A DNA stretch of 64,000 bases from Candidatus Eiseniibacteriota bacterium (GCA_044223005.1 JBGAML010000001.1:416001-480000); one strand, 5' to 3'; shown: positions 44,752 through 56,660, counted from the stretch's first letter. Notes: generated by a model not told the origin, from the sequence alone. Translations and numbers: made by a program.

Positions 44752-45342
44752 CTACGCCGCTTCCTTGAAGACGATGTCGATCGCGAGGCCCGCGGCGAGC
44801 AGCAGCGGCGCGTGATCGGCCGAGCGCGTCGTCTGGTCATGCAACGCGATCACGTAGTTGTCGGCGGAGGTGAAGAACTCCTTGCCGATCCCCGCCCACT
44901 TCTTGGTCACGACGCCGAGCTCCTGGCCGTGCGCGTCGAGGAAGCGGAAGTTCCAGCCCTTCCAGTCGCCCTTCACCTCGCCCAGCTTCTGGCCCGCCGG
45001 ATCGAGGAGGTCGAAGCCGCCACCGATCGTGAACAGTTTGCTGCGTAGCCGGCCGATGTCGCCGCGCGTCGCGTGGTGCACCGCGACCGTGCTGCGGAGG
45101 AACCCGTGTTTCTTGCGCAGCTCGAGCACGGGCGGAGCGGCCTCGTGTTCGTAGACGCGCACGATGGTCGGCAGCAGCGCCTTCTTGAGGACGAAGCGCA
45201 GGAGCTTCACCCAGAGCGGCGGTTCTTCCTTGGCGATCCCGATCTTGTCCTTCGTCTCGGGATCCAGGATGTCGTACGTGTCGGTGATCCGGAGCACGGC
45301 GACGCGCTCCTTCACGAAGAACGTGCGGCGATCGAGCAGCAT
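44752..45342 (-). CDS. Scramblase/LURP-one (Tubby-like) family protein
   Basis: DTYDILDPET, KLFTIGGGF, VKGDWKGWNF, VTKKWAGIGKEFFTSADNY. Confidence 0.85.
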   Translation of the reverse strand: MLLDRRTFFVKERVAVLRITDTYDILDPETKDKIGIAKEEPPLWVKLLRFVLKKALLPTIVRVYEHEAAPPVLELRKKHGFLRSTVAVHHATRGDIGRLRSKLFTIGGGFDLLDPAGQKLGEVKGDWKGWNFRFLDAHGQELGVVTKKWAGIGKEFFTSADNYVIALHDQTTRSADHAPLLLAAGLAIDIVFKEAA

Positions 45343-45449
45343 GGCGGCCTCGCAGGTGGGGCGTCCCCTCGACAGGAACCAGCGTCCGGGAGTGATCGGC
45401 TCCTCTCGCCGGGGGCTTGAGGCGGCCGATCCTGCCGCAGTCCGGCGCG

Positions 45450-46334
45450 TCAGCGGTACTCGAAAAGCACGTACCCGTCGGCACTCCGGCCGGGACCGCG
45501 CCGGTACGCGTCCCACGGCACCGCGACCACGCGGCCCGCGAGGCTCGACGCGTGCACCAGCGTGCGGCCGCGCCAGAGCAGCGACTCGTGCGTCACGTCG
45601 AGCCCGTCGCCGAGCGTGCGGCGATGCACGAACGCGACGCCCACGACCTCCGGCAGCCGGCCCGCGTCCGCCCACGCCGCGAAGTGCGCGCCGAGCGGCG
45701 CGGGCACCACGGCCAGCGTCTCGGGCCGCGTCCACTCGATCGGGATCCAGCGGCCACCGTTCGCGCGCGCGTTGAGCGTCACCGGCCAGCGCCGCACGTC
45801 GCGCCCGGCGACGCGCGCGCCCACGTCGCGGAAGTACGGCGAGCGTGCGAGCCGCTCGCTCGTGAAATGAAAACGGCTCGCGTACCCGACCACGCCGTCG
45901 CGGTAGCCCGCGAGCGCCATCGCGGCGCGCTCGCCGCCCGCGTCGGAAGCGTGCGCGAGCGCGGCGCTCACCAGCTGGAGCGCGGTGCAGTCGGTGACGT
46001 CGAAGCGCAGCAGCGCGTCCGTGTCGGGCGGCGCTCCCTCGCCCAGCGGGCCGAGCTGGTAGGGCGTTCCGACCTGCAGGAACTCGAGCGCCGCCACCCG
46101 CCGCGGCACCGGCCGCGCCGCGAGCGCGGCCTCGAGCGCCGCGCGCTGCGTGGAATCGAGCGCCGCGAGCCGCGGTAGCGACGTGTCCGCGAGCGCCGGC
46201 GGCGGCCCATCGAGCGCGCGCAGCAGCCGCGCGAACGCCGGCGCCGGGGCGGTCGCGAACGCGCACGGCGCGCACGCGAACAGCACGACGACGGCGAGGG
46301 CGATCCGGCAAGGCGCGCGCATGCGGCGCAGCAT
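45450..46334 (-). CDS. DUF1460-like N-acetylmuramoyl-L-alanine amidase (NlpC/P60 superfamily)
   Basis: Signal peptide; GTPYQLGPLGEG, DCT, YRDG...RFHF, GLDVTH, HASS. Confidence 0.8.
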   Translation of the reverse strand: MLRRMRAPCRIALAVVVLFACAPCAFATAPAPAFARLLRALDGPPPALADTSLPRLAALDSTQRAALEAALAARPVPRRVAALEFLQVGTPYQLGPLGEGAPPDTDALLRFDVTDCTALQLVSAALAHASDAGGERAAMALAGYRDGVVGYASRFHFTSERLARSPYFRDVGARVAGRDVRRWPVTLNARANGGRWIPIEWTRPETLAVVPAPLGAHFAAWADAGRLPEVVGVAFVHRRTLGDGLDVTHESLLWRGRTLVHASSLAGRVVAVPWDAYRRGPGRSADGYVLFEYR

Positions 46335-46436
46335 GACCGGTTCGCAGTGGCGGCTCAAGAATCCCGCGGGCTATCCTCCACGCTCCCCCGCACGCCACGG
46401 AGCCCACCCCTCACCGCCGCGCCGGAGGATTCCCGC

Positions 46437-47453
46437 ATGCGTACGCCGCTCCGCATCGTCCTCGCCCTCGTCATCGCAACCGCCGCCCTCGCCGCACTGG
46501 GCACCGGCTGCGCGAAGCACGACTCGCTCACCCGCTCCACCGCGCCCTCGACCGACTCCGTCGCCCGCCCCGGCACCGCCTACGGCCGCGCGATCGCCGC
46601 GCGCGCGAGCACGCGCTGGCTCGCGATCGACGGCGTGGTCGGCGACGGCATCGCGATCGAGCCCGATGGCTCGTCGAGCATCCTGGTGCTCACCTCACGG
46701 CCCGGCGTCGTGCTGCCCGCCACCGTGCAGGGCGTCCCCGTGCGCACGCGCGTGACGGGGCGCTTCCATGCGTTCGGCCTCACCGAGCGGCTGCGCCCGG
46801 TGCCGATCGGCGCCTCGCTCGGCAGCAACAAGGAGTGCCTCCCCGGCACCGTCGGGGCGATCCTCGAGCGCAACGGCCGCCGGTACGTGCTCAGCGCGAA
46901 TCACATCCTCGCGCGCGAGAACCAGGCGCGGATCGGCGAGGACGCCGTGCAGCCGAGCCGCGTGGACGGCTCGAACGAGTGCGACGCGCTGCCGCGCCGG
47001 TTCGTGATCGGCCGGCTCGCCGACTACGAGCCCGTGCACTTCGACGGCACGCCGAACCTCATGGACGCCGCGATCGCCGAGCTGAACACCGCCACCACCG
47101 CGGCAACGCCGCGCGGCATGTACGGCGCGCCGGACGACGACGCGGTGAACCCCGCGATGGGCATGGCGATCATGAAGGTGGGCCGTACCACCGGGCAGAC
47201 CACGGGGACGATCGTGGCGACCGACGTCGAGGTCACGCTCTCGCTGCCGCTGGGCGACGCGGTGTACGCGAACCAGTTCCTCACCACCGAGGTGTTCGGC
47301 GATTTCGGGGATTCGGGCTCCCTGGTGGTGACGCGCGACCGGCGCCACCATCCCGTGGGCATGGTGATCGGCGGCGACGAGACCGGCTCCGCGGTCTGCT
47401 CGCCGATCCGGCCGATCCTCGCGCGCTTCCACGCGCGTATCGCGCGTCCGTGA
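46437..47453 (+). CDS. Lipoprotein trypsin-like serine protease (Nal1-like)
   Basis: Lipobox LGTGC; catalytic triad in LSANHIL, DAAIA and GDSGS; KVGRTTG. Confidence 0.85.
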   Translation: MRTPLRIVLALVIATAALAALGTGCAKHDSLTRSTAPSTDSVARPGTAYGRAIAARASTRWLAIDGVVGDGIAIEPDGSSSILVLTSRPGVVLPATVQGVPVRTRVTGRFHAFGLTERLRPVPIGASLGSNKECLPGTVGAILERNGRRYVLSANHILARENQARIGEDAVQPSRVDGSNECDALPRRFVIGRLADYEPVHFDGTPNLMDAAIAELNTATTAATPRGMYGAPDDDAVNPAMGMAIMKVGRTTGQTTGTIVATDVEVTLSLPLGDAVYANQFLTTEVFGDFGDSGSLVVTRDRRHHPVGMVIGGDETGSAVCSPIRPILARFHARIARP

Positions 47454-47567
47454 CGCGTTCATGAGCCGCGCGCCGCCGCGCCGGGACGTTACCGTCCCGG
47501 CGCGGCGCGCGCGTTCGCGCTTCCCGCCTGGGCGTGGCAGCTGCCGCTGCTCGCGGCGTGGCTCGCC

Positions 47568-49085
47568 GTGGTGGTGGCGGTTTCGACGCGGCACGAGCTG
47601 TGGCGCGACGAGGTGCGGGCGTTCTCGCTCGCGCTGGACGGCCCCAACCTGTTCGCGATGTTGCCGGGACTGCGCGGCGAGGGGCATCCGTTCCTCTGGT
47701 ACGCGGTGCTGCGGATCGTGCACATGCTGGTGCGCTCGCCGCTCGCGCTGCCCGTCGCGAGCCTCGCGGTCGCGCTCGCCGCGGCGATCGTGTTCGTGCT
47801 CCGCGCTCCGTTCTCGCCCGCGCGCAAGGCCGTGTTCCTGTTCGGTTCGCTGCCCGCGTTCGAGTACGCCGTCATGTGCCGCAACTACGGACTCGGGATG
47901 CTGCTGCTCTTCCTGCTCGCCCTCACCGAGCCGCGCCGGTTCGAGCGCCCGCTCGTGTGGGGCTCGCTGCTCTTCCTGCTCGCCAGCGCGAGCGCGCACG
48001 CGGCGATGCTGGCGGCGATTTTCGCGCTTTGCTGGACGGCCCTCGCGATGCTCGGGCGCCCCACCCCGCTCGCGCCGGAGCGCCGCGGCGCGTTCGCCGG
48101 CGCGCTGGCGCTGGTCGCCGCGGGGCTCGCCGCGTGCGCGTGGCTCACGTTCCCCGCGCCCGACTCGGCGGTGACGAGCATCGCGCGCGCGGATCCCGGC
48201 GCACTCGCCGGCGCGGCGCTCGCCACGCTGCTGCGGCCGGGCGAGAAGCTGGTCGAGCTCGTGACGGGCGGCCTGCCGCTGGTGCTCGTCAGCCTCGACT
48301 CCCCCGCCGGGCACGCGATCGCGGAATGGATCGCCACGGCATTCGTGCTGCTCGCCGCATGGCGGCTCCGCCGGCATCGCGAGCTGCTCGCCGCGTGGAT
48401 CCTCGCGGTGCTCGCGTTCGGGCTCTTCTTCCGCGTCGTCTACACGGGCTGGCTGCGGCACGTGGGCCAGCTCTACGTCGCGCTCTTGGCGATCGAGTGG
48501 ATCGCGCGCCGCCGCGAGGCGGGCGAGACGCGCCCGTGGGAGCGGACCGCGTTCGCGGCCGCGCTCTTCGCCGTCATGGCCTTGCACGCGTGGCAGGGCG
48601 TGCGCGCGCTGCAGCGCGACTGGGGACACTCGCTCTCCAACGGCGGCGCGTTCGCCGCGTTCGTGAACGCCCGCCCCGAGGACCGCGATGCGATCGTGAT
48701 CTGCGAGCCCGACTACCTGCTCGAAACGCTGCCCGCGTACCTGCCGAACCGGCTCTGGTCGATCGAGGAAGGCGGCTTCCGGCGGTGGACGCACTTCTCG
48801 CGCAGCCGCCACGACACGCTCGCGCTGGGGACCGTGATCGACCAGGCCGACTCGCTCGCACGCGCGGACCACGCGCCCGTGCTGATCGCGCTCGGCCAGC
48901 TGCAGGTGCTCGCGGACACCGCGGGATGCGTGCCGTACCGCTATTCGTCGTGGTTCTCGTGGACGTCGCGCGAACGCGACCGGCTCGCCGGCGAAACGAG
49001 CACGCTCGGCGGCTTCCTGCATTCCGACGGCAGCGAGAACGTCGCGGTATTTCGTATTCCCGCGGGCGGCATCCCCGCGCATTGA
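47568..49085 (+). CDS. Polytopic membrane protein, GT-C glycosyltransferase-like (true start probably upstream)
   Basis: HELWRDE, EGHPFLWY, EYAVMCRNYG and many TM helices. The first TM is encoded upstream of GTG 47568. Confidence 0.75.
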   Translation: MVVAVSTRHELWRDEVRAFSLALDGPNLFAMLPGLRGEGHPFLWYAVLRIVHMLVRSPLALPVASLAVALAAAIVFVLRAPFSPARKAVFLFGSLPAFEYAVMCRNYGLGMLLLFLLALTEPRRFERPLVWGSLLFLLASASAHAAMLAAIFALCWTALAMLGRPTPLAPERRGAFAGALALVAAGLAACAWLTFPAPDSAVTSIARADPGALAGAALATLLRPGEKLVELVTGGLPLVLVSLDSPAGHAIAEWIATAFVLLAAWRLRRHRELLAAWILAVLAFGLFFRVVYTGWLRHVGQLYVALLAIEWIARRREAGETRPWERTAFAAALFAVMALHAWQGVRALQRDWGHSLSNGGAFAAFVNARPEDRDAIVICEPDYLLETLPAYLPNRLWSIEEGGFRRWTHFSRSRHDTLALGTVIDQADSLARADHAPVLIALGQLQVLADTAGCVPYRYSSWFSWTSRERDRLAGETSTLGGFLHSDGSENVAVFRIPAGGIPAH

Positions 49086-49159
49086 CCGTGCGAACGCGCA
49101 CCCGCTCGCGCGATCGGTGCGCGACACGGGTCGCCGGAATGCGATAAGCTCCCCGTCCT

Positions 49160-49870
49160 ATGCCCACTCCGCACATCGGTGCCCAGCCCGGCGACTTCGC
49201 CGACACGGTCCTCATGCCCGGCGATCCCCTGCGCGCCGAGCACATCGCGAACACCTTCCTGAAGGACGTGCGCCGGGTCACCGACGTGCGCAACACTTGG
49301 GGCTACACCGGCACGTACGAAGGCCGGAGGCTCTCGGTGATGGCGCACGGCATGGGGATTCCCTCGTGCTCGATCTACGCCACCGAGCTGATCCGCGAGT
49401 ACGGCGTGAAGACGCTGTTCCGCGTCGGCAGCTGTGGCGCGCTCGCGCCGGCGGCGAAGCTCGGCGACGTGATCGTCGCGATGGGCGCCTCGACCGATTC
49501 CAAGGTCAACCGCCTGCGCTTCATGGACCACGACTTCGCGGCGATCGCCGACTTCGGGCTGGTCGAACGCGCGGTGAACGCCGCGCGCGCGCAGGGCACG
49601 CCGATCCAGGTCGGCAACGTGTTCTCGTCCGACCTCTTCTACACGCCGCAGCCGCAGGTGTTCGACGTGCTCGAGAAGATGGGCGTGCTGGGTGTGGAGA
49701 TGGAAGCCGCCGGCCTCTACGGCGTCGCGGCCGAGCACGGCGTGAAGGCGCTCACGATCCTCACCGTGAGCGACCACATCCGACGCGGCGAGCACCTGTC
49801 GGCGGACGAGCGCCGCACGTCGTTCGACGCGATGATCCGCATCGCGCTCGCCGCCGCGATCGCGGCGTAG
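49160..49870 (+). CDS. deoD: Purine-nucleoside phosphorylase (DeoD type)
   Basis: [42 protein letters not shown]. Confidence 0.97.
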   Translation: MPTPHIGAQPGDFADTVLMPGDPLRAEHIANTFLKDVRRVTDVRNTWGYTGTYEGRRLSVMAHGMGIPSCSIYATELIREYGVKTLFRVGSCGALAPAAKLGDVIVAMGASTDSKVNRLRFMDHDFAAIADFGLVERAVNAARAQGTPIQVGNVFSSDLFYTPQPQVFDVLEKMGVLGVEMEAAGLYGVAAEHGVKALTILTVSDHIRRGEHLSADERRTSFDAMIRIALAAAIAA

Positions 49871-49877
49871 GCGCGCG

Positions 49878-50423
49878 GTGGGCGACGTCGCGATCCGGCT
49901 CGCGACCGCGGCCGACGAGGCCGCGCTCGGACGCTGGGGCGGCGCGCTCATGCGCCAGCACCACGAGTTCGATCCGCAGCGGTTCATCCGCACCGAGCAC
50001 CCCGAGGCCGGCTACGGCCGCTTCCTGGTCTCGCAGCTCGCCGACGAAGAATCGGTGGTGCTGGTCGCCGACCGGGACGGCGAGGTGATCGGCTATGCGT
50101 TCGCGAGCCTCGAACCCATGAGCTGGAAGGACCTGCGCGCGCCGTGCGGCTACCTGCACGACGTGTTCGTGGACCCGGCCGCGCGCGGCGCCGGCGCGGG
50201 CACGCGCCTCGTGCGCGGCGCGATCGAGTGGCTGCAGGCCCACGGCGCCCCGCGCGTGGTGCTGATGAGCGCCGCGCGCAACGAACCCGCGCGGCGGCTG
50301 TTCGCGCGGCTCGGATTCCGCGAGACGATGGTCGAGATGACGCGGGAGGCCGACGCGGGCGGAGGCGCTCCCGCGCGCCTCCCATGGGAGTCCGCGGGCG
50401 AATCGGCAACCTCACCGGTGTAG
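49878..50423 (+). CDS. GNAT family acetyltransferase
   Basis: LHDVFVDPAARGAGAG motif A; NEPARRLFARLGF. Confidence 0.9.
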   Translation: MGDVAIRLATAADEAALGRWGGALMRQHHEFDPQRFIRTEHPEAGYGRFLVSQLADEESVVLVADRDGEVIGYAFASLEPMSWKDLRAPCGYLHDVFVDPAARGAGAGTRLVRGAIEWLQAHGAPRVVLMSAARNEPARRLFARLGFRETMVEMTREADAGGGAPARLPWESAGESATSPV

Positions 50424-50529
50424 ACTGCGGCGGCAGCACGGGCACGGGCCCCCACGAGCCCACGCGTCTCCCCGACTCCTTCCGCGGCGCCACTCCGCGT
50501 GGCGACGCCCGCCCGATCGAGGTTGCCCG

Positions 50530-52047
50530 ATGCGATACCGCGTCCTCTCCGCCCTGCTCGCGCTCTGCGCATGCGCGCTCGCCGCCCCCGCCCTCGTCCG
50601 CGCCGACGAGTTCGCCGACTTCCGGATCCCGGACAATCGCTACCTGCAGTGGACGGGCAGCGTGCAGCTCGGCGCCAACTGGAACGTCGCCGCCGTGCAG
50701 ACGCAGCACGACCGCAGTGGGAGCAGCAACGGCCTGCTCGCGAGCTCGATGATCTCGGTGCGGGACGCGGAGAATCGCTGGTCTTCGTTCGCGCTCTACA
50801 CGAACCTTCAGGGCACGCGCTACCACTCGCTCGCGTCGTACGACCTGCCGTTCGAGGTCTATCGATCCCGCGACCAGCAGCGCAACACAGCGGAGTATCT
50901 CTCGGGCTCCTGGTCCGAACGCTGGTATCCGGGAGCATCGCCGCGCTGGCTGGGGCTGCAACTGGGGGGCTCGCTCCAGGACCAGCAATCGTGGCAGTTC
51001 ATGCACATGCGTCACGAAGATCCCGCTCCGCCCTCGTTCGAGATGCGTGAGGAGATCTCCCAGTCGGCATGGCAATACGGAAGTACGGCGGCGGCTCGCG
51101 GGAGCGCGGGGTACGGCCGCGTCCGCAACGCCTCGGGCGTCTACGAGGCGCGCGTGCTCGAGCAGCGACTGCTCGCCAGCGGCGCACTCACGCGCCCGCT
51201 CGGCGCGGATGCTCGATCGCGCCTCGCTGCGCTCATGTACGCGCGGTACGACGTCCTGCTCGTTCACGACCGGCCGGCCACGATCGTCTGGAAGGAAATC
51301 GCGGACATCCTGCGTGCGGACGGTGCGTTGCGCGACGGCGCCCTCGCGCCCGGGGACGCGTTCACGCTGGTCGAGCCCCTGGCGGTGGGCCGGGGTTCTC
51401 GCGACGCGGCCCTGCTCCCGGTGTCGCCGCTCGTGCGTGCGCGCGGGGCGCTCGCGAGTCTCGTCGTTTCGGCGCGAACACAGAACGACGTCCGGCGCAC
51501 CACCGGCACGGACTCGTATCACACCCTATACGCGGACACGCTGACCTACGAGGTCTTCTACCGGTCCGGCTCGCGAACGGCCACTGCGGCATCCGTAGTG
51601 GCGACGGGCGTCTCCGCCGAGTACCACCGGCCGATCGGGCTCGCCTTCCAGCTCGACGGCAGCACCGAGCTGCTGTTCGACTCCCAACCCCACCGGCGAG
51701 GGGTCTCGAGCGCGTCGTCGGCATCGGTGGGATGGATCGTCGAGGACCGCTGGCTGGCGACCGGGACGCTCCGGCACCAGCGCGAGCTCCATTGGTACAA
51801 GTCGAGCACCCCGTGGCGGGACGAATGGGCCGTCGACTGCCGGGGCACGCTCTCGTACTTCGTGACCGATCACGTGTCGGCATCCCTGAGCGCGACCGAG
51901 ACCCAGACGCGTGTCTTCGACGTGAGCCACGGCCCGTTCTACGGAAGTCCGCAGCGCCGGCGCACCGGCACCCTCACGCTCGGCCTCGCCTACCGCTTCG
52001 CCGGCTACGCGAACATCGCCGGCCTCTCGCCCGCACTCGCGCCGTAG
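50530..52047 (+). CDS. Hypothetical exported protein, probably an outer-membrane beta-barrel
   Basis: Signal peptide ending VRA; amphipathic beta strands; LGLAYRF near the C-terminus. Confidence 0.65.
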   Translation: MRYRVLSALLALCACALAAPALVRADEFADFRIPDNRYLQWTGSVQLGANWNVAAVQTQHDRSGSSNGLLASSMISVRDAENRWSSFALYTNLQGTRYHSLASYDLPFEVYRSRDQQRNTAEYLSGSWSERWYPGASPRWLGLQLGGSLQDQQSWQFMHMRHEDPAPPSFEMREEISQSAWQYGSTAAARGSAGYGRVRNASGVYEARVLEQRLLASGALTRPLGADARSRLAALMYARYDVLLVHDRPATIVWKEIADILRADGALRDGALAPGDAFTLVEPLAVGRGSRDAALLPVSPLVRARGALASLVVSARTQNDVRRTTGTDSYHTLYADTLTYEVFYRSGSRTATAASVVATGVSAEYHRPIGLAFQLDGSTELLFDSQPHRRGVSSASSASVGWIVEDRWLATGTLRHQRELHWYKSSTPWRDEWAVDCRGTLSYFVTDHVSASLSATETQTRVFDVSHGPFYGSPQRRRTGTLTLGLAYRFAGYANIAGLSPALAP

Positions 52048-52075
52048 GGCGCGGGGCGGGCGGCGGCGTCCGCGA

Positions 52076-52417
52076 TCAGCCCTCGCGCACGAAGTGCGGC
52101 ATCGTCTCCGGGATCACGAGCGAGAGCTCGACGAACCCGGCGTATGCGCCGTTCACGTGCCAGGGCGACTGGTAGATGAGCTTGCGCACGCCGCGCTTCT
52201 CGATCGTGTAGACGTTGGTCCGGCCGCTCGCGAGCATCTCGCGCAGCTGCTCGCGGGCGCGTTCCGGATGGCAGTCGAGCGCGTTCGTGCCGATCAGCGC
52301 CCGGCCGCCGTCGGCCTCGAACACCTGCGCGGCGCGGTCGTTCATCTCGAGGATGATCCCATCGCGGTCGCACACCGTCACCGCACCGCCGAACTCCTTC
52401 ACCCACGCCGATTCCAT
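52076..52417 (-). CDS. Stand-alone PAS-domain protein
   Basis: AVTVCDRDGIILEMN, LIGTNALDCHP, NVYTIEK...KLIYQSPW. Confidence 0.85.
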   Translation of the reverse strand: MESAWVKEFGGAVTVCDRDGIILEMNDRAAQVFEADGGRALIGTNALDCHPERAREQLREMLASGRTNVYTIEKRGVRKLIYQSPWHVNGAYAGFVELSLVIPETMPHFVREG

Positions 52418-52589
52418 CGCACCTCCCCGGGCCACGCCCGATCGCGAGCGGGAACGTAACACCCGGGCCCGGTAGCGGTGCCGGCCCGTTCTCCGGGAAC
52501 GCCCGCGCATCTGGCGCGTCCAGTCGTTAGTATCTGGCGCTCGCATGCCCGCCGCGGACGGGCCGACCACTCTCGAAGAGGAGCCGCAT

Positions 52590-53129
52590 GTGCCGTCGAA
52601 CTCGCAGCAGTCGCCTTTTCAGGTGATGAGGAGCCTCCACCGCGACGTCGGCTACCTGACCGCGGGGCTCACGGTGATCTTCGCGCTCTCCGGCATCGCC
52701 CAGATCTTCCGCGACACCGACCTGTTCCAGGTGCAGAAGCAGGAGCAGGTCCAACTGCAGCCCGGCCTCGCCGCCGACGCGCTCGGGCCCGCGCTGCGCA
52801 TGCGCGAGGTGAAGGTCGATCGCACCGAGAGCGGCGTGATGTACTTCCGCGGCGGCTCGTACGATCCCGCCACCGGCACCGCCGTACGCACGCAGAAGTC
52901 TTTCGCACCGCCGCTCGACCGCCTCACGGCGCTGCACAAGGCTCCGAGCAAGAGCGCACTGCACTGGCTCACGCTGGTCTACGGCGTGATGCTGCTCTTC
53001 CTCGGCACCTCGTCGTTCTTCATGTTCCGGCCCGGCCATGCACTCCAGAAGCGCGGCCTGGTGTTCGCGGGCATCGGGCTCGCGGTCGCGCTGGCGGTGC
53101 TGTTCTTCGGCGCCGGCGGCGGCGCGTAG
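52590..53129 (+). CDS. PepSY-associated TM-helix membrane protein
   Basis: MRSLHRDVGY...FALSGI, LHK and three TM segments; SD GAGGAG before GTG 52590. Confidence 0.8.
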   Translation: MPSNSQQSPFQVMRSLHRDVGYLTAGLTVIFALSGIAQIFRDTDLFQVQKQEQVQLQPGLAADALGPALRMREVKVDRTESGVMYFRGGSYDPATGTAVRTQKSFAPPLDRLTALHKAPSKSALHWLTLVYGVMLLFLGTSSFFMFRPGHALQKRGLVFAGIGLAVALAVLFFGAGGGA

Positions 53130-53130
53130 C

Positions 53131-53192
53131 GCGACCCGTCCGCGAAGCGGAAACACGAACCGGCCCCGGCGGATCCATCCGCCGGGGCCGGT
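53131..53192 (-). repeat. 62-bp direct repeat, copy 1 (terminator hairpin)
   Basis: GCGACCCGTCCGCGAAGCGGAAACACGAACCGGCCCCGGCGGATCCATCCGCCGGGGCCGGT, identical to 54904-54965. Confidence 0.95.
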
Positions 53193-53228
53193 TCGCGCAT
53201 CCGGCGCCGCCGCCAGCTGGTGGGCGAT

Positions 53229-54770
53229 TCACGGTCCTTCGTATCGACCGAGGAAAACGATCGCTCCGGTGTCGTCGTCGCGAATGATGAAGAAGAACGG
53301 ACGATTCATCACCACGTTCGGAACGAAGGGGCGCATTCGCCTCGGGTGGCTGGCGCTCGCGTACACCGACAACGCCGTCGCCGCGGCGGCCTCGGTGCCG
53401 CGCTCGTTGACGTCGAGATTCGCCTGGTGGACGACCTCATCGACGAAGTACGGCACTCGCTCCGCCGACGGGGCATGCATGCCGTCCAGGTTCGCCGAGG
53501 GCCGGAACGCATCCGTCAGCCCCATGGCCTCGAGCGGCTCGCGCAGCCGCCGCGAACAGTTCATCGAGAACCTCGGCATGCTCACGAAAGTCGCACGCGG
53601 GTCCAGCGCCCCGATCCATTTCGCGAGCCGCTCGGGGGTGAGGTTCGATTCGAGTGCCGCGAGCCCGTCTCGACGCAGGGGCAGCAGGACGATCATCGAA
53701 AACGGAACGCCGCGATAGTGCAGTCCGACCAGCTGGAATCCGTTCGGTGCCGGGTAGAACTCCGCGTCGTCCTCTCCTGGGAATCGAGCGTCCTCCACCT
53801 CCTTTGGGGTTCGGAAGAGGGTGCCGTCCGCGCGAAACGCGCCGTAGCTGAACGGTGCCGATCGATTCATGAACGGCATCTGGACCGAATCCCCGGCCGG
53901 GGGGCGGAACCAGCTCGGATGGGTATTCGCGATTTCGAATGGGGCGAGCCAGCGCGCACGGAAGAAGATCGCGTTGGCCAGGATGAGCCGTGCTTGGGGC
54001 GTAACGCTACCGGCGGGCAGAAGCTCGGGGATGCGATCGCGAGTGCGCTCGCCCACCCACGCGTTGATCTGCGAACGAACCTTGTCCGGGTTACCGCTGA
54101 AGTCCACCGGCCGCGAATTTCCCGCGCCATAGTGTTCGCTCAGGGTCCGCTCGAACTCGGCACTGGCCGGCAGGGTCGAATCCCGCCAGATCGCGTTGCA
54201 CAGGTGCAGTTCCGCGAGCGGCTGAAGCGAGTCCACTTCGGCGGCGAGAGCGTTCCTGCCGCGGTAACGCCACTCCTCCCAGAGCATCTCGCCGTGCAGC
54301 GTGGGAGGGTTCCGGCTGGCGAGGCCGTCCATCACCCGGATCGTGATGGCGAGCGAGTCCAATCGCGCCCGCGAGGCCGGGGGCAGCGCGCCCTCATCGC
54401 GCATGCGCGTCCTCGCGAAGGTGCCGAGCGCCTCATGCACGGGGGCCAAGTCCCACGGTCGATCTGCATCACGGGTCGCGAGCGATCGTTGCAGCCGCAA
54501 CACGTGGCCGAACTCGGCGGCCGTGCGAGCTCGCGCACCCTCGGCCGTCATCGCGAGCACGGTGTAGACGGAGGCGGGTGAGAAGAAGACGTTACTGCCC
54601 GGCGCGGACCGCACCAGTTCGCGATACAGATCGAGCGCGAATTGGTTCTGCGCCGTCACGATCTTCGTCGAATCGGCTCTCGCCGTATTCGCCGCGGCCG
54701 CGCTTCCTGCCATCACCAACCACGCCGCCAGCGCGCATCCGACGGCCTCTGCCACCACGCCCCCTCGCAT
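53229..54770 (-). CDS. Secreted serpin (inhibitory-type hinge)
   Basis: NQFALDLY, NVFFSPAS, INAWV..RTRDRI, NAIFFRARW, NERGTEAAAAT hinge, NRPFFFIIRD...GAIVFLGR. Confidence 0.93.
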   Translation of the reverse strand: MRGGVVAEAVGCALAAWLVMAGSAAAANTARADSTKIVTAQNQFALDLYRELVRSAPGSNVFFSPASVYTVLAMTAEGARARTAAEFGHVLRLQRSLATRDADRPWDLAPVHEALGTFARTRMRDEGALPPASRARLDSLAITIRVMDGLASRNPPTLHGEMLWEEWRYRGRNALAAEVDSLQPLAELHLCNAIWRDSTLPASAEFERTLSEHYGAGNSRPVDFSGNPDKVRSQINAWVGERTRDRIPELLPAGSVTPQARLILANAIFFRARWLAPFEIANTHPSWFRPPAGDSVQMPFMNRSAPFSYGAFRADGTLFRTPKEVEDARFPGEDDAEFYPAPNGFQLVGLHYRGVPFSMIVLLPLRRDGLAALESNLTPERLAKWIGALDPRATFVSMPRFSMNCSRRLREPLEAMGLTDAFRPSANLDGMHAPSAERVPYFVDEVVHQANLDVNERGTEAAAATALSVYASASHPRRMRPFVPNVVMNRPFFFIIRDDDTGAIVFLGRYEGP

Positions 54771-54903
54771 GGCCTCCCCTTCCTGCCGGGACGGTTGGGG
54801 GACGTTTTCCGCCGCGGCGTCTCGCCCCGGTCGGGTTCACGAGGCGCCCGAGCCCCGCGAGGCGGAGGTTAGCGCCACCGCGCGAGGCTCGCTAGGTGCA
54901 ACT

Positions 54904-54965
54904 GCGACCCGTCCGCGAAGCGGAAACACGAACCGGCCCCGGCGGATCCATCCGCCGGGGCCGGT
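54904..54965 (-). terminator. groEL terminator = 62-bp direct repeat, copy 2
   Basis: ACCGGCCCCGGCGGAT-CC-ATCCGCCGGGGCCGGT hairpin 33 nt after the groEL stop, with a T-rich minus-strand tail. Confidence 0.9.
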
Positions 54966-54998
54966 CGTTTGCTGCGTGTGGCGCTGCGTCGGTTCGGT

Positions 54999-56660
<1,662 letters not shown>

